The translations under genes and the position numbers were made by a program. This document shows, one piece after another, positions 9,207 through 18,591 of a stretch of 64,000 nucleotides of DNA; positions within the stretch are counted from its first letter, which is position 1; each line of letters starts with the position of its first letter. This stretch comes from Trueperaceae bacterium (GTDB taxonomy: Bacteria > Deinococcota > Deinococci > Deinococcales > Trueperaceae), in assembly GCA_965214405.1 (NCBI GenBank), contig OZ243956.1, positions 640,001 to 704,000 of the forward strand, read 5' to 3'. The notes under the pieces were generated by a model. The model saw only the letters and a list, made by a program, of their open reading frames with translations, was not told the origin of the DNA and made no database searches.

Positions 9207-9635
9207 ATGCCGTTCGGCGAGTACCAATACTCGGTGGATGACAAGGGACGCGTTATCGTGCCCCCGCCCTTTCGCAACTTCGTCGAGGACGGCATGGTCG
9301 TGACGCGCGGCATGGAGGGCTGTTTATACATCTTCCGCTTGGGCGACTGGGACCGCATCGAGAAAAGCCTCACCGACTTACCCATCATCGACGCGGAATC
9401 TCGCAACTTCGTGCGCTTTTTTTATTCGGGCGCGGCCAAGGCCAAGATAGACTCGGCGGGACGCATCACCCTGCCCGCCACTTTGCGCGTGTTCGCCGAC
9501 ATTTCGTCTAACGTCATCGTCGCCGGAGCGCCCAACCGATTAGAAGTTTGGGACGAAGACCGCTGGCTCGCGTCACTCAGCGCGGTGCAGGCGCAGCCCC
9601 CGGCCCCCGGACTGCTTAGCGAGTTGGTCGGATGA
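9207..9635 (+). CDS. mraZ: Division/cell wall cluster repressor MraZ
   Basis: DDKGRVIVP, DSAGRITLP; ATG behind GGAGG. Confidence 0.95.
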   Translation: MPFGEYQYSVDDKGRVIVPPPFRNFVEDGMVVTRGMEGCLYIFRLGDWDRIEKSLTDLPIIDAESRNFVRFFYSGAAKAKIDSAGRITLPATLRVFADISSNVIVAGAPNRLEVWDEDRWLASLSAVQAQPPAPGLLSELVG

Positions 9636-10597
9636 CGCAAACAGAACGTAACACCGGACAAGACACCGCGCAAGATGCAGCACGCCCGCACCTTCCTGTG
9701 ATGTTGGCTGAATGTCTCGAGGGCCTGCACATCAGGCCGGGAGACTGGTACATCGACGGCACCTTTGGCGCGGGCGGACACACGCAAGCGATTCTTAGGG
9801 CGGGCGGCTCGGTGTTGGCGGTTGACCGCGACGAGAGCGTGAGGGAGTATTTGGCGGGGCTCGAGGTTCCCTCCACAAGCGAACTGCGTTTTGCCGAGGG
9901 CGACTTTCGGCACTTAGACCGTTACGCGCTTGAGGCTGGGTTAGAAAGGGTGAGCGGCGTGCTGCTCGACCTGGGCGTGTCCTCGATGCAGTTAGACGAG
10001 GCCGAGCGCGGCTTTGCCTTTCGGCGTGCCGGTCCACTCGACATGCGCATGGGCGGCGACGGCCCCTCCGCCGCGGAGGTGGTCAACGAAACCCCCGCCG
10101 ACGACCTCGCCGCGATTCTTTTCAAGTACGGCGAGGAGCGCCACAGCCGCCGCATCGCGCGGCGCATCGCTGACGTGCGTGAAGAAGCGCCCATCGAGAC
10201 GACCGAGGAACTCGCCGATGTCGTCCAAAGCGCCTACCCCCCAGGGCGGCGGCGCGAGCACCCGGCCCGGCGCACCTTTCAGGCATTGCGGATTTTCGTC
10301 AATGACGAACTGGGCGCGCTTTCGGGCGCGCTCGAGGCCGCCGAACGGGTGCTGAACCCCAGCGGGCGGCTCGTGGTGTTGTCGTACCACTCGCTCGAGG
10401 ACCGCATCGTCAAACACACCCTGCGGGAGCGGGACGCGTGGCGGCCCGTCACAAAAAGGCCGCTCACCGCCTCGCCCGAAGAACTTGAAGTCAACCCTCG
10501 AGCCCGCGCGGCTAAGCTGCGCGTCGGGGAAAGGGTGGAGGCTTCTTCAAACGCTGCAAATACACCTGCGAACACACCTGCGGGGACCTCGTCATGA
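9632..10597 (+). CDS. rsmH: 16S rRNA m4C1402 methyltransferase
   Basis: DGTFGAGGH, DLGVSSMQLD, PLDMRM, SYHSLEDRIVK. Confidence 0.97.
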   Translation: MTQTERNTGQDTAQDAARPHLPVMLAECLEGLHIRPGDWYIDGTFGAGGHTQAILRAGGSVLAVDRDESVREYLAGLEVPSTSELRFAEGDFRHLDRYALEAGLERVSGVLLDLGVSSMQLDEAERGFAFRRAGPLDMRMGGDGPSAAEVVNETPADDLAAILFKYGEERHSRRIARRIADVREEAPIETTEELADVVQSAYPPGRRREHPARRTFQALRIFVNDELGALSGALEAAERVLNPSGRLVVLSYHSLEDRIVKHTLRERDAWRPVTKRPLTASPEELEVNPRARAAKLRVGERVEASSNAANTPANTPAGTSS

Positions 10598-10911
10598 CCC
10601 GGATTCAGCAAGGCGTCGTGGTTTTTTATCTCATCTTGTTAATAAGCCTCGCCGCCTTTGGCACGCGCAATCAGGCGCTCTACCGCGAGCAGCGCGAACT
10701 CATCAACCTCAAGAGCGAACGTTACGTCGTGCTGGGCGACCTGCGGAGCCAAGCCGCGACCATCACGGGACCCGCGGCGGTGCGCGCGTGGGCGCTCGCG
10801 CGGGGCATGACGAGCCCCGAGGGTCAAGAAACGGTCCAGGTCGCCCCAGCCTCCCCCCCGGCCCCACCGGAGCCCCCCAGCGGATTGGAGATTCGCACGA
10901 TATGGCGCTAA
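10594..10911 (+). CDS. Probable cell division protein FtsL-like
   Basis: Single TM segment plus coiled coil, position between rsmH and the PBP gene. Confidence 0.65.
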   Translation: MTRIQQGVVVFYLILLISLAAFGTRNQALYREQRELINLKSERYVVLGDLRSQAATITGPAAVRAWALARGMTSPEGQETVQVAPASPPAPPEPPSGLEIRTIWR

Positions 10912-12527
10912 AACGCAGAACCGTCCACACCCCGCGTAACGAGCGCGCCAGTAACGAACGCACCCGCGATGAGGGCGCCGGTAGCGGACGCGCCAGTAAC
11001 AGACGCGTCAACCGGAGCACAAAGCCGACGAGGCGGGAAAAGGCCGAGTGGGCCTCTAAGGCTAGGGAAGCGGCGCGGGACGGGAGAGTCCGCGTAGGCA
11101 TCTACGAGATTACGGACCCCTCAGCAACGCCCGCAGCAGCTCCCACAGAGAACCCCATAGAAGCGCCCGTCCTCCAGCTCACCCGGCGCACGCTCCTACT
11201 CTTTTTGCTCGCGCTGCCCCTTTTAGCCGCGTTTTTGGGCTTCGCCTCGAGGGGGGCCACGCTCCCCGATTGGCCCAAGGCGCTCGCCGAATCCCCCCGC
11301 CGCGGCGCGATTTTGGGCTCGGACGGCACCGTCTTGGCCGAAGGCGCGGTGGAGCACCGCCGCTATCCACAAGGCACGCTCGCCGCCAACGTGATTGGCT
11401 TTAGCGGCGCGGAGCAGCCCGACGGGCGCTTTGGCCTGGAGGGGCTCGAGTTCTCCCTGGACAGCCGCCTAAATGCAGGCGAAGACGTGACGCTGACGCT
11501 CGATTCAAAGTTGCAGGCCATCGCCCAGGCCGAGGTCAAGCGGTCGGTGCTCGCCTTTAAGGCCGAGAGCGGGGCCGCCGTGATGATCGAGACGGGCACC
11601 GGGCGCGTCCTCGCCGCTGCCTCGTACCCCGACTACGACCCCAACTATCAGGGGCGCGTCCGCGACCGCGGCGACATCGCCAATCGCGCCTTTTTGCAGC
11701 AGGTCGAGCCGGGCTCGACCATCAAACCTTTTGTCGTGGGCGCGCTTTTGCAGTCCGGACGGCTCAAGCCGGGCGAAATCATCGACACCCCGATGACGCT
11801 GCGGGTGGGCGACAAAACCTTTCGTGACGTGGCGCAGCACGAGGACACGCTGCCCCTGCCGGACGTGCTGCGCTACTCGAGCAACAGCGGCATGATTAGT
11901 TTGGGCGAGCGCTTCTCGTCTCCTGAACTTTACGACTGGTACCGCCGCTACGGCTTTGGGGCGAGCGTCGACCTCACCTACGCCAACGACCGCTCCGGGC
12001 AGATGAGAACGCCCGAGGGCTGGGTGCCCCAGGACCACGCCTCGGCGAGCATCGGTCAGAGCCTCACAGTGACCGAACTGCAACTCGCCACCGCCTACAG
12101 CATTTTCGCCAACGACGGCCTCTACGTCCCGCCGCGCTTAGTCGAGGACGAGCCCTGGCGGATGCCCCACCGCGTGCTCTCGCCTGAGGTGGCGCGCGAA
12201 ATCCGCAGCATGTTGATTCACACCGTTGAAGAGAGCGGACTCAAGGTCGCCAAGATTCCGGGCGTCTTGGTTGGCGGCAAGAGCGGCACCGCCGACGTGT
12301 TCGAGCCCTCCGTCGGAGCTTACGTGGACGACGAATACACGCTCCACTTTGCCGGATTTTTCCCCGCCGACGCGCCCAAGGTGACGCTGGCGGTGTTTGT
12401 CCACAAGCCCAAACTCGAGGGCGCGACGAGCACCTTCGTCGCCGCGCCCCTTTTCGGCGCGATAGGCCGCGAGACGGTGGCGCTGTGGGGTCTGCCTCCC
12501 CGGGGCGACGCGCTCGCAAACCAGTGA
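10902..12527 (+). CDS. ftsI: Class B penicillin-binding protein (FtsI/PBP3)
   Basis: RRGAI, RRYPQG, GLEGLE, STIK, SSN, KSGT; start taken at ATG 10902. Confidence 0.9.
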   Translation: MALKRRTVHTPRNERASNERTRDEGAGSGRASNRRVNRSTKPTRREKAEWASKAREAARDGRVRVGIYEITDPSATPAAAPTENPIEAPVLQLTRRTLLLFLLALPLLAAFLGFASRGATLPDWPKALAESPRRGAILGSDGTVLAEGAVEHRRYPQGTLAANVIGFSGAEQPDGRFGLEGLEFSLDSRLNAGEDVTLTLDSKLQAIAQAEVKRSVLAFKAESGAAVMIETGTGRVLAAASYPDYDPNYQGRVRDRGDIANRAFLQQVEPGSTIKPFVVGALLQSGRLKPGEIIDTPMTLRVGDKTFRDVAQHEDTLPLPDVLRYSSNSGMISLGERFSSPELYDWYRRYGFGASVDLTYANDRSGQMRTPEGWVPQDHASASIGQSLTVTELQLATAYSIFANDGLYVPPRLVEDEPWRMPHRVLSPEVAREIRSMLIHTVEESGLKVAKIPGVLVGGKSGTADVFEPSVGAYVDDEYTLHFAGFFPADAPKVTLAVFVHKPKLEGATSTFVAAPLFGAIGRETVALWGLPPRGDALANQ

Positions 12528-12607
12528 GGGTTGAGCCAGTGAAGGTCAAGAAGGTATATAGTGTGTAACGTGTGTAAGTTGGTAAAACGCTCTGTGAGGA
12601 GGCTCGA

Positions 12608-13972
12608 GTGCTGAGCCCCCGTCACATCGCCGCGCTCTCGCCCGTTAAGTTGAACGAGGACGGATTACGTGAGGCGTTGGGCGAGGCGCTCACCGAGACA
12701 CACACGGCTACCGGAGTGAGCTTTCACTCGGGCCGCGTGCGGCCTGGGGACGCCTTTTTCGCGCTGCCTGGTGAGCGTGAACACGGGATGCGCTACGCAG
12801 ACGCGGCACTTACCGGCGGCGCGGCGTTCGTTGTGTCCGACCGGCCCCACCCGCGCGGCGTGTTGGTGGCGGACCCGGCGGGGGTGTTGCTCGAGCTGGG
12901 CCGCGAAGCGCGCGCGGCGCTACAGGGTTCTGTCATTGGCGTGACTGGCTCGGCGGGTAAAACGAGCACCAAGGCGTTTTTATGTGCGGCGCTGGGCGTG
13001 CCCAACAGCCCCGGCAACTTCAACACGCCGCTCGCGCTCGCGCAGGCGCTTGTGGGGGCGTGGCTGGAAGGAAGAACAGGAAAAGACGAGCGCCTGGTGC
13101 TCGAGCTGGGCATCGACCACGTCGGCGAGATGGCGACGCTGACCGACCTCACCCGCCCCACCCACGCGCTGCTCACGCTTATCGCTGAGAGTCACTTGAG
13201 CGGGCTTGGCAGCGTGGAGACGGTCGCGCGGGAAAAAGGGAAACTTGTCGAGGCGGCGGAAGTTGCCTTTGTGAGCGCCCAAGCGGCACCTCTGTTAAGT
13301 CCTGAGCGGCGGAAGAAGAGCCGGGTGTATGGACTTACCGGCGACATAGCCGACGTCAGGGGGCGCATCATCGAGACGACGCCCACGGGTCAGACGCTCG
13401 AGGTGCTGGGGCAACACGTTAATCTCCCCTACCCAGGCGCGGCGATGGCGCGCAACGCGGTGGGCGCGCTCGCGCTCGCGGATTATCTTGGGGTGAATCT
13501 CAAAGACGCCGCCGCGCGGCTCTCAAGCGTGACGCTCGAGCCCGGACGCCTCCAGATGCACGCGCTGCCCGGCTTTACGCTGATTGATGACACCTATAAC
13601 AGTTCGCCCGCGGCGCTCCGGGCCGCGCTCGAGGTGCTGCGCCGCGCGCCGGGGCCGCATACGGCGGTATTGGGGGACATGCTCGAGCTTGGGGACGAAT
13701 CCGAACCCCTTCACCGCGCGGTGGGCAAAGAAACACAGGGTTTAGATACAGTCGTTACGGTAGGAAGCGAAGCGCGGTTTATCGCGGCGGAGAACTCCCA
13801 GGCACGGCATTTTGAGACGGTGGAGGAAGTACAGAACTACCTCAGCACTCTGGACTTGACCGGCACAGTTTTAGTTAAAGCGTCGCGGGGGATGAGGCTC
13901 GAGCGGCTTGTGAACTTTCTCAAAGACCGTGCTTCTAAAGACCGTGTAAGAGAAAATGAGGCGGTCGCGTGA
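12608..13972 (+). CDS. murF: UDP-MurNAc-tripeptide:D-Ala-D-Ala ligase
   Basis: GVTGSAGKTSTK, DDTYNSSP, LGDMLELG, VKASRG. Confidence 0.95.
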   Translation: MLSPRHIAALSPVKLNEDGLREALGEALTETHTATGVSFHSGRVRPGDAFFALPGEREHGMRYADAALTGGAAFVVSDRPHPRGVLVADPAGVLLELGREARAALQGSVIGVTGSAGKTSTKAFLCAALGVPNSPGNFNTPLALAQALVGAWLEGRTGKDERLVLELGIDHVGEMATLTDLTRPTHALLTLIAESHLSGLGSVETVAREKGKLVEAAEVAFVSAQAAPLLSPERRKKSRVYGLTGDIADVRGRIIETTPTGQTLEVLGQHVNLPYPGAAMARNAVGALALADYLGVNLKDAAARLSSVTLEPGRLQMHALPGFTLIDDTYNSSPAALRAALEVLRRAPGPHTAVLGDMLELGDESEPLHRAVGKETQGLDTVVTVGSEARFIAAENSQARHFETVEEVQNYLSTLDLTGTVLVKASRGMRLERLVNFLKDRASKDRVRENEAVA

Positions 13973-14889
13973 ACGTGGTGCTGGGCCTCCTGTTCTCGCT
14001 CCTCTTCGTGGGCGCGTTTGTCCAGCTTGCCAAACGCTTCGGCTGGGGCAAAGCGGTCAGGCGCGACGGCCCGCGCTCGCACCTTCATAAAGAGGGCACG
14101 CCGACGATGGGCGGCGCGGCCTTCTTGCCCGCCGCGCTCCTTGCTTGGGTCGTGGTGGGCGAGAAAAGCACCGACGGCTGGGTGGTGGTCGCGCTCGTCA
14201 CCGCCGCCGCGCTCCTCGGCTGGTACGACGACTACGCGTCGCTCCAGCGCAAACGGCGCATTAGCGCGGGTGGAGAAGACGGGGACGCCTCAACGGGGCT
14301 GCTCGCGCGTTACCGGCTGGTGTTGCAAGGATTGTTCGCGCTTCTCTTTTCGATTTACGCGGTGCTAAGCGGGCATTTGCTATTTGGCATTGCGCCGCTC
14401 GACATTCTCGCCTACACCTTTATTATTACGGGCACCATCAACGCGGTGAATTTTAGCGACGGGCTGGACGGGCTCGCGGGCGGGATGGTCGCGCTCATCC
14501 TCTTGCCCTTTCTGGGTTTTTCGCTCGCGGCGGCGCTCGTGGGGGCGCTGCTCGGCTTTTTGTGGTACAACGCGCAGCCCGCGCGCGTCTTTATGGGCGG
14601 GGTCGGCTCGGAAGCGCTCGGGGCGGGGGTGGCGGGCATCGTGATTCTGGCGGGCTGGACCTGGTGGTTGCCGCTCATTGCGCTGGTGCCCCTTTTAGAA
14701 GTCGTGTCGGTGATGCTCCAGGTGAGCTATTTCAGGCTCACGAACGGCAAACGCCTTTTTAGGATGAGCCCCTTGCACCACCATTTTGAACTCTCGGGCT
14801 GGACCGAGACGCAAGTCGTCACGCGCTTTTGGCTCGTGACCGCGGCCTGCGTCGCGCTCGCCTGGAGCTTGAACGGGAGCGCACTATGA
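13969..14889 (+). CDS. mraY: Phospho-MurNAc-pentapeptide transferase
   Basis: KEGTPTMGG, NAVNFSDGLDGL, PLHHHFE. Confidence 0.97.
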   Translation: MNVVLGLLFSLLFVGAFVQLAKRFGWGKAVRRDGPRSHLHKEGTPTMGGAAFLPAALLAWVVVGEKSTDGWVVVALVTAAALLGWYDDYASLQRKRRISAGGEDGDASTGLLARYRLVLQGLFALLFSIYAVLSGHLLFGIAPLDILAYTFIITGTINAVNFSDGLDGLAGGMVALILLPFLGFSLAAALVGALLGFLWYNAQPARVFMGGVGSEALGAGVAGIVILAGWTWWLPLIALVPLLEVVSVMLQVSYFRLTNGKRLFRMSPLHHHFELSGWTETQVVTRFWLVTAACVALAWSLNGSAL

Positions 14890-16337
14890 GGAACGCGGGA
14901 GCGCGCGTGCTCGTCTACGGGCTGGGCCGGAGCGGCGTGGCCGCCTGTCGCCTCCTGCGCGCGCAGGGTCACGAGGTGCTCTATTTTGACGAAGCGCCGC
15001 AGCCTCATGAAACCCTCGAGGTCGAAATCCTTGGGTGCAAACCGAGCCCTTCTCCCCGTGAAGCGGAGGTAAATGTGTGCATTGCCGCGCCGGGGGTGGC
15101 CTGGACGCACCCGGATTTGGCAGCGTTGCGAGGCCGCGATATCGAAACGATTGGCGAGGTCGAGTGGGTCTACCGCACCACTCGAGCCACCATCATAGGC
15201 GTCACCGGCACCGCGGGCAAAACGACGGTGACGCGCTGGGTCAGCGATACATTACAGGCGGCGGGCTTCGACGCCCCCGCGGGCGGCAACATCGGCCCCG
15301 CGCTCGCGGCGGTGGCGCTGGACGTGGATAAACCGGGTTTGGAGGGTCGGGGTTTAGAGAGTCGGGGCGAGAACGGGACGGGTACGATTTTAGTCACTGA
15401 ACTCTCTTCGTTTCAGCTCGAGCGCTGCCCCACCCTGAAACCCAAGGTGGCGGTCGTGCTCAACTTGGGCCGCGACCATTTGGACCGGCACGGCTCGGTC
15501 GAGAATTATCACGCCGCCAAGCGGGCGCTCGTCGCCCACTTAGACAAAACCGACACATTCGTCTACAACGCCGACGACCCGGTGGCGCGCGCGTGGGCGG
15601 AGGCGTCGCGGGCCAAAACGCTGGGTTTTTCCGTGACGAGTGAGGCGGACGCGCACCTCGAGCCCGGCGAGAGCGGAGACGTCCTCACGCTCCACGGTCG
15701 CGCGCTCCTGCCGGTCCGTGATTTGCGCGTGAGGGGGCGGCACTTCTACGCCAACGCGCTCGCGGTCGCGCTCGTGGGCGCGGCGTACGGGCTGGATGAC
15801 GAGGCGTTGCGAGAGTCGTTAACGCGTTTTGAGGGCGTCGCGGGGCGCTACAGCGTCGTGGGCACGCTCGGCAGTGTGGGGAGTCAAGTCACCTTTGTGG
15901 AAGACTCAATTGCCACGCGCACGCTCTCCGTCCGGGCGGCCTTAGAGGCCACGCCCGGACCCATCGTCTGGATTGGCGGCGGGGTGGACAAGGGGGCAGA
16001 ATTTGAAGAGCTCGAGGCGCTCGTAAGGGAGAAAGTGGTGCTTTTTATCGGCGTGGGCCGCTCGGGGCCCGACTTTGCAAAGAGGCTGAGCGCCTGGACC
16101 GACACTGCTTTATGTTCACAAGAGAACGGCGACGCGGCTCTCCACTGCGCCTGTGAGCGTGGATTAGAACGATTGGGTGCGAACGGTGGCACCGTCCTGC
16201 TGGCCCCCCTCGCCGCCTCATTTGACCAGTTTAGGGACTACCGGGCGCGCGCGGAAGCGTTTCGCCGGGCCGTCGGCGTGTTGGAAGCGCACGCGCCGTC
16301 CGGGTGGGGGGAGGGACGCGCGTGGACCGTCTCCTAG
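14886..16337 (+). CDS. murD: UDP-MurNAc-L-Ala:D-Glu ligase
   Basis: GLGRSG, GTAGKTT, ELSSFQL, DHLDRH, ASFDQF. Confidence 0.95.
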   Translation: MRNAGARVLVYGLGRSGVAACRLLRAQGHEVLYFDEAPQPHETLEVEILGCKPSPSPREAEVNVCIAAPGVAWTHPDLAALRGRDIETIGEVEWVYRTTRATIIGVTGTAGKTTVTRWVSDTLQAAGFDAPAGGNIGPALAAVALDVDKPGLEGRGLESRGENGTGTILVTELSSFQLERCPTLKPKVAVVLNLGRDHLDRHGSVENYHAAKRALVAHLDKTDTFVYNADDPVARAWAEASRAKTLGFSVTSEADAHLEPGESGDVLTLHGRALLPVRDLRVRGRHFYANALAVALVGAAYGLDDEALRESLTRFEGVAGRYSVVGTLGSVGSQVTFVEDSIATRTLSVRAALEATPGPIVWIGGGVDKGAEFEELEALVREKVVLFIGVGRSGPDFAKRLSAWTDTALCSQENGDAALHCACERGLERLGANGGTVLLAPLAASFDQFRDYRARAEAFRRAVGVLEAHAPSGWGEGRAWTVS

Positions 16338-17374
16338 TCTTCGTGCAGCTCACGCTGGGGGCGCTAGGCGTTTTGGGCGTGGCCGTGAGCGCGCCCGCGG
16401 CGTGGCCGAGCCACTTAGCGCGGGTGCTGCTGGCTTTTGCCTTGACCTTTGTCGTGTCGAAGGTACCCCCCAAGGCCGTCGTCAAGGTGAGCCCCTACGC
16501 CTACTTAGGCGTGCTCCTGCTCCTCCTGGCGGTGCTCGTCTTCGGCACCTCGCCCGCCGGGAGCGACGCCAAACGCTGGCTTCTCCTGGGCGGCTTTTCG
16601 CTGCAACCTTCCGAACTCATGAAAGTCACGGTGATCGCCTACCTCACCGCCTTTTTTTATAACCACCTGGGCAACTGGCAAATCTGGCGACCGATGGTGG
16701 TGATGGGCTTCGCGGCGGGCGCCATCGTCGCCGAGCCCGACGTGAGCACGGCGGCCTTTATCTTTGCGCTGGCCTTTGCCATCATGCTGGCCGCGGGCAC
16801 GACCATCGTCCGGCTCTTAAGCATCAGCACGGCGGCGGCGCTCATCGCGGTCCTTATAGCGGGGCCATATCTAAGTCAGTTCTCGTACATCGGCGAACGC
16901 ATCACAGGGTTTTCGGACCTCTGGGGCGCGCAGACGCAGGCGCAGACGGCCTCGTATCAGGCGCTCCAGGCGCAGCGCACGCTGGTGAGGGCGGGGCTTT
17001 TCGGCGTGGGGCCGGGTCGTCCCATCGCCGTGCCCGAGGCGGATACGGATATGGTGTCTATCTCCATCGGGCACTCGCTCGGGCTCATCGGCGTCGCTAT
17101 TCTTATCGCGCTTTATCTGATGGTGGCCTCGAGGGGCACCCGCATCGCCGCCGCGCTCTCCGGGCCGGGTTCATTGTTGGCAGCGGGCGCGACCGCCTAT
17201 ATCTGTGGTCAAGCGGCGTTAAATCTGCTCGTCGCCTCCGGGCTTCTGCCGGTCACAGGCATCCCGCTGCCCTTCGTGTCCTACGGCCTTAACAGCCTCC
17301 TGTCGGTGGGCGTGGCGATGGGTTTTATCCACAGCGCCTACCGCCAAGCCGTGCGGGAGGGGGTGGCGCTGTGA
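16322..17374 (+). CDS. ftsW: SEDS peptidoglycan polymerase FtsW
   Basis: AKRW, QPSE..K, PVTGIPLPFVSYG. Confidence 0.93.
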   Translation: MDRLLVFVQLTLGALGVLGVAVSAPAAWPSHLARVLLAFALTFVVSKVPPKAVVKVSPYAYLGVLLLLLAVLVFGTSPAGSDAKRWLLLGGFSLQPSELMKVTVIAYLTAFFYNHLGNWQIWRPMVVMGFAAGAIVAEPDVSTAAFIFALAFAIMLAAGTTIVRLLSISTAAALIAVLIAGPYLSQFSYIGERITGFSDLWGAQTQAQTASYQALQAQRTLVRAGLFGVGPGRPIAVPEADTDMVSISIGHSLGLIGVAILIALYLMVASRGTRIAAALSGPGSLLAAGATAYICGQAALNLLVASGLLPVTGIPLPFVSYGLNSLLSVGVAMGFIHSAYRQAVREGVAL

Positions 17375-18591
17375 GTGGGGGCGTGAAGAATCTTGTAAAG
17401 GATGCTGAGGGGGCCACTGTAAACGTCACCGTAAGGAATGATTTGAAGGACGCTGCAAAGGGTGCTGTGAAAAATCCTACAACGGTCGTTTTCGCCACGG
17501 GCGGCACGGGCGGGCACATTTACCCGGCGCTCGCGGTGGCTCGAGCCCTCCAACATTTGGGCTATACTGTTCATTTTGTGGGACACCGAGACGGCATGGA
17601 AGCAACCATCATCCCCGAAGCAGACTTTTCTTTTTACGGCGTGCGCGCGGGCAAGTGGGACCGCGCCCGGCCCGACCCGCGGCAGGGTGTGCGGGCGCTC
17701 TCGGGCCTCGGTGACGCCCTGCGCATCCTTAGAAGCGTTAAGCCCCGCGCGGTCGTGGGTTTTGGCGGGTTCGCCTCTTTTCCGGCGCTCGCCGCCGCGT
17801 CCGTGATGCGCCTCCCCATCCTCTTGCACGAGGGCAACGCTCTACCGGGGCGGGTCACGCGGCTTTTCGCGGGCCGCGCGAAAGTTGTGGGGTTGGGGAA
17901 GCTCGAGGCGGCAACAAGGTTAAACGTCAACACGGTTTACGTCGGGATGCCCGTGCGCGAGGTTTGGGTGGAGAAACAGGAGGCCAGAGCGCGGTTGGGG
18001 CTGCCTCAGGAGGGCCTGGTCACGCTCGTGATGGGCGGCTCTCAAGGTTCGCTGACGCTCAACGAACGGGTGCCGGAAGCCTATGAAGCGCTACCCATAA
18101 GCTTGCGTCAAAACCTCACCGTCCTTCACAGCTCCGGCCCGCGTTGGGTGGCGGGGGTGCAGGAGAGGGTAAAGGAGTATCCGCAGTATGTTGTGCATCC
18201 TTATTTGGATGCCACGCTTGCATGGTCGGCGGCGGACGTTGCCATCACCCGTGCGGGTATTGGCACGCTCGCTGAAGCCGCCTTTCACGGGGTGCCGCTC
18301 GTGATGGTGCCTCTGCCCTCCTCCGCCGAGGACCACCAGCGCCACAACGCCGAAGCGGTCGCGCGCGCTGGGGCGGGGCGGGTGGTGTTGGAACGAGATA
18401 TTCATGAGCTTAGCGGAGCGTGGGAAAGTTTACTCGATGACGGTACACGTGAAGCTGCGGCGAAAGCCGCGCTCGGTCTCTCGCCTGCGGGCGCGGCGGA
18501 AACCTTTGCGGCGCTTATTGATAAAACCTTGAACGGTGAAGCGTCAAAACGAGATGCGGCGTCTTCATCACTGGTCCAGGAGACCGCGTGA
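17371..18591 (+). CDS. murG: Lipid I GlcNAc transferase
   Basis: GGTGGHIYP, GGSQGS, DHQRHNA. Confidence 0.96.
   Translation: MSGGVKNLVKDAEGATVNVTVRNDLKDAAKGAVKNPTTVVFATGGTGGHIYPALAVARALQHLGYTVHFVGHRDGMEATIIPEADFSFYGVRAGKWDRARPDPRQGVRALSGLGDALRILRSVKPRAVVGFGGFASFPALAAASVMRLPILLHEGNALPGRVTRLFAGRAKVVGLGKLEAATRLNVNTVYVGMPVREVWVEKQEARARLGLPQEGLVTLVMGGSQGSLTLNERVPEAYEALPISLRQNLTVLHSSGPRWVAGVQERVKEYPQYVVHPYLDATLAWSAADVAITRAGIGTLAEAAFHGVPLVMVPLPSSAEDHQRHNAEAVARAGAGRVVLERDIHELSGAWESLLDDGTREAAAKAALGLSPAGAAETFAALIDKTLNGEASKRDAASSSLVQETA

Noticed and set aside
10485..10901. 5' extension of the 680-aa PBP ORF
   Set aside because: Overlaps rsmH and the FtsL-like gene; ATG 10902 follows GGAG and fits the operon
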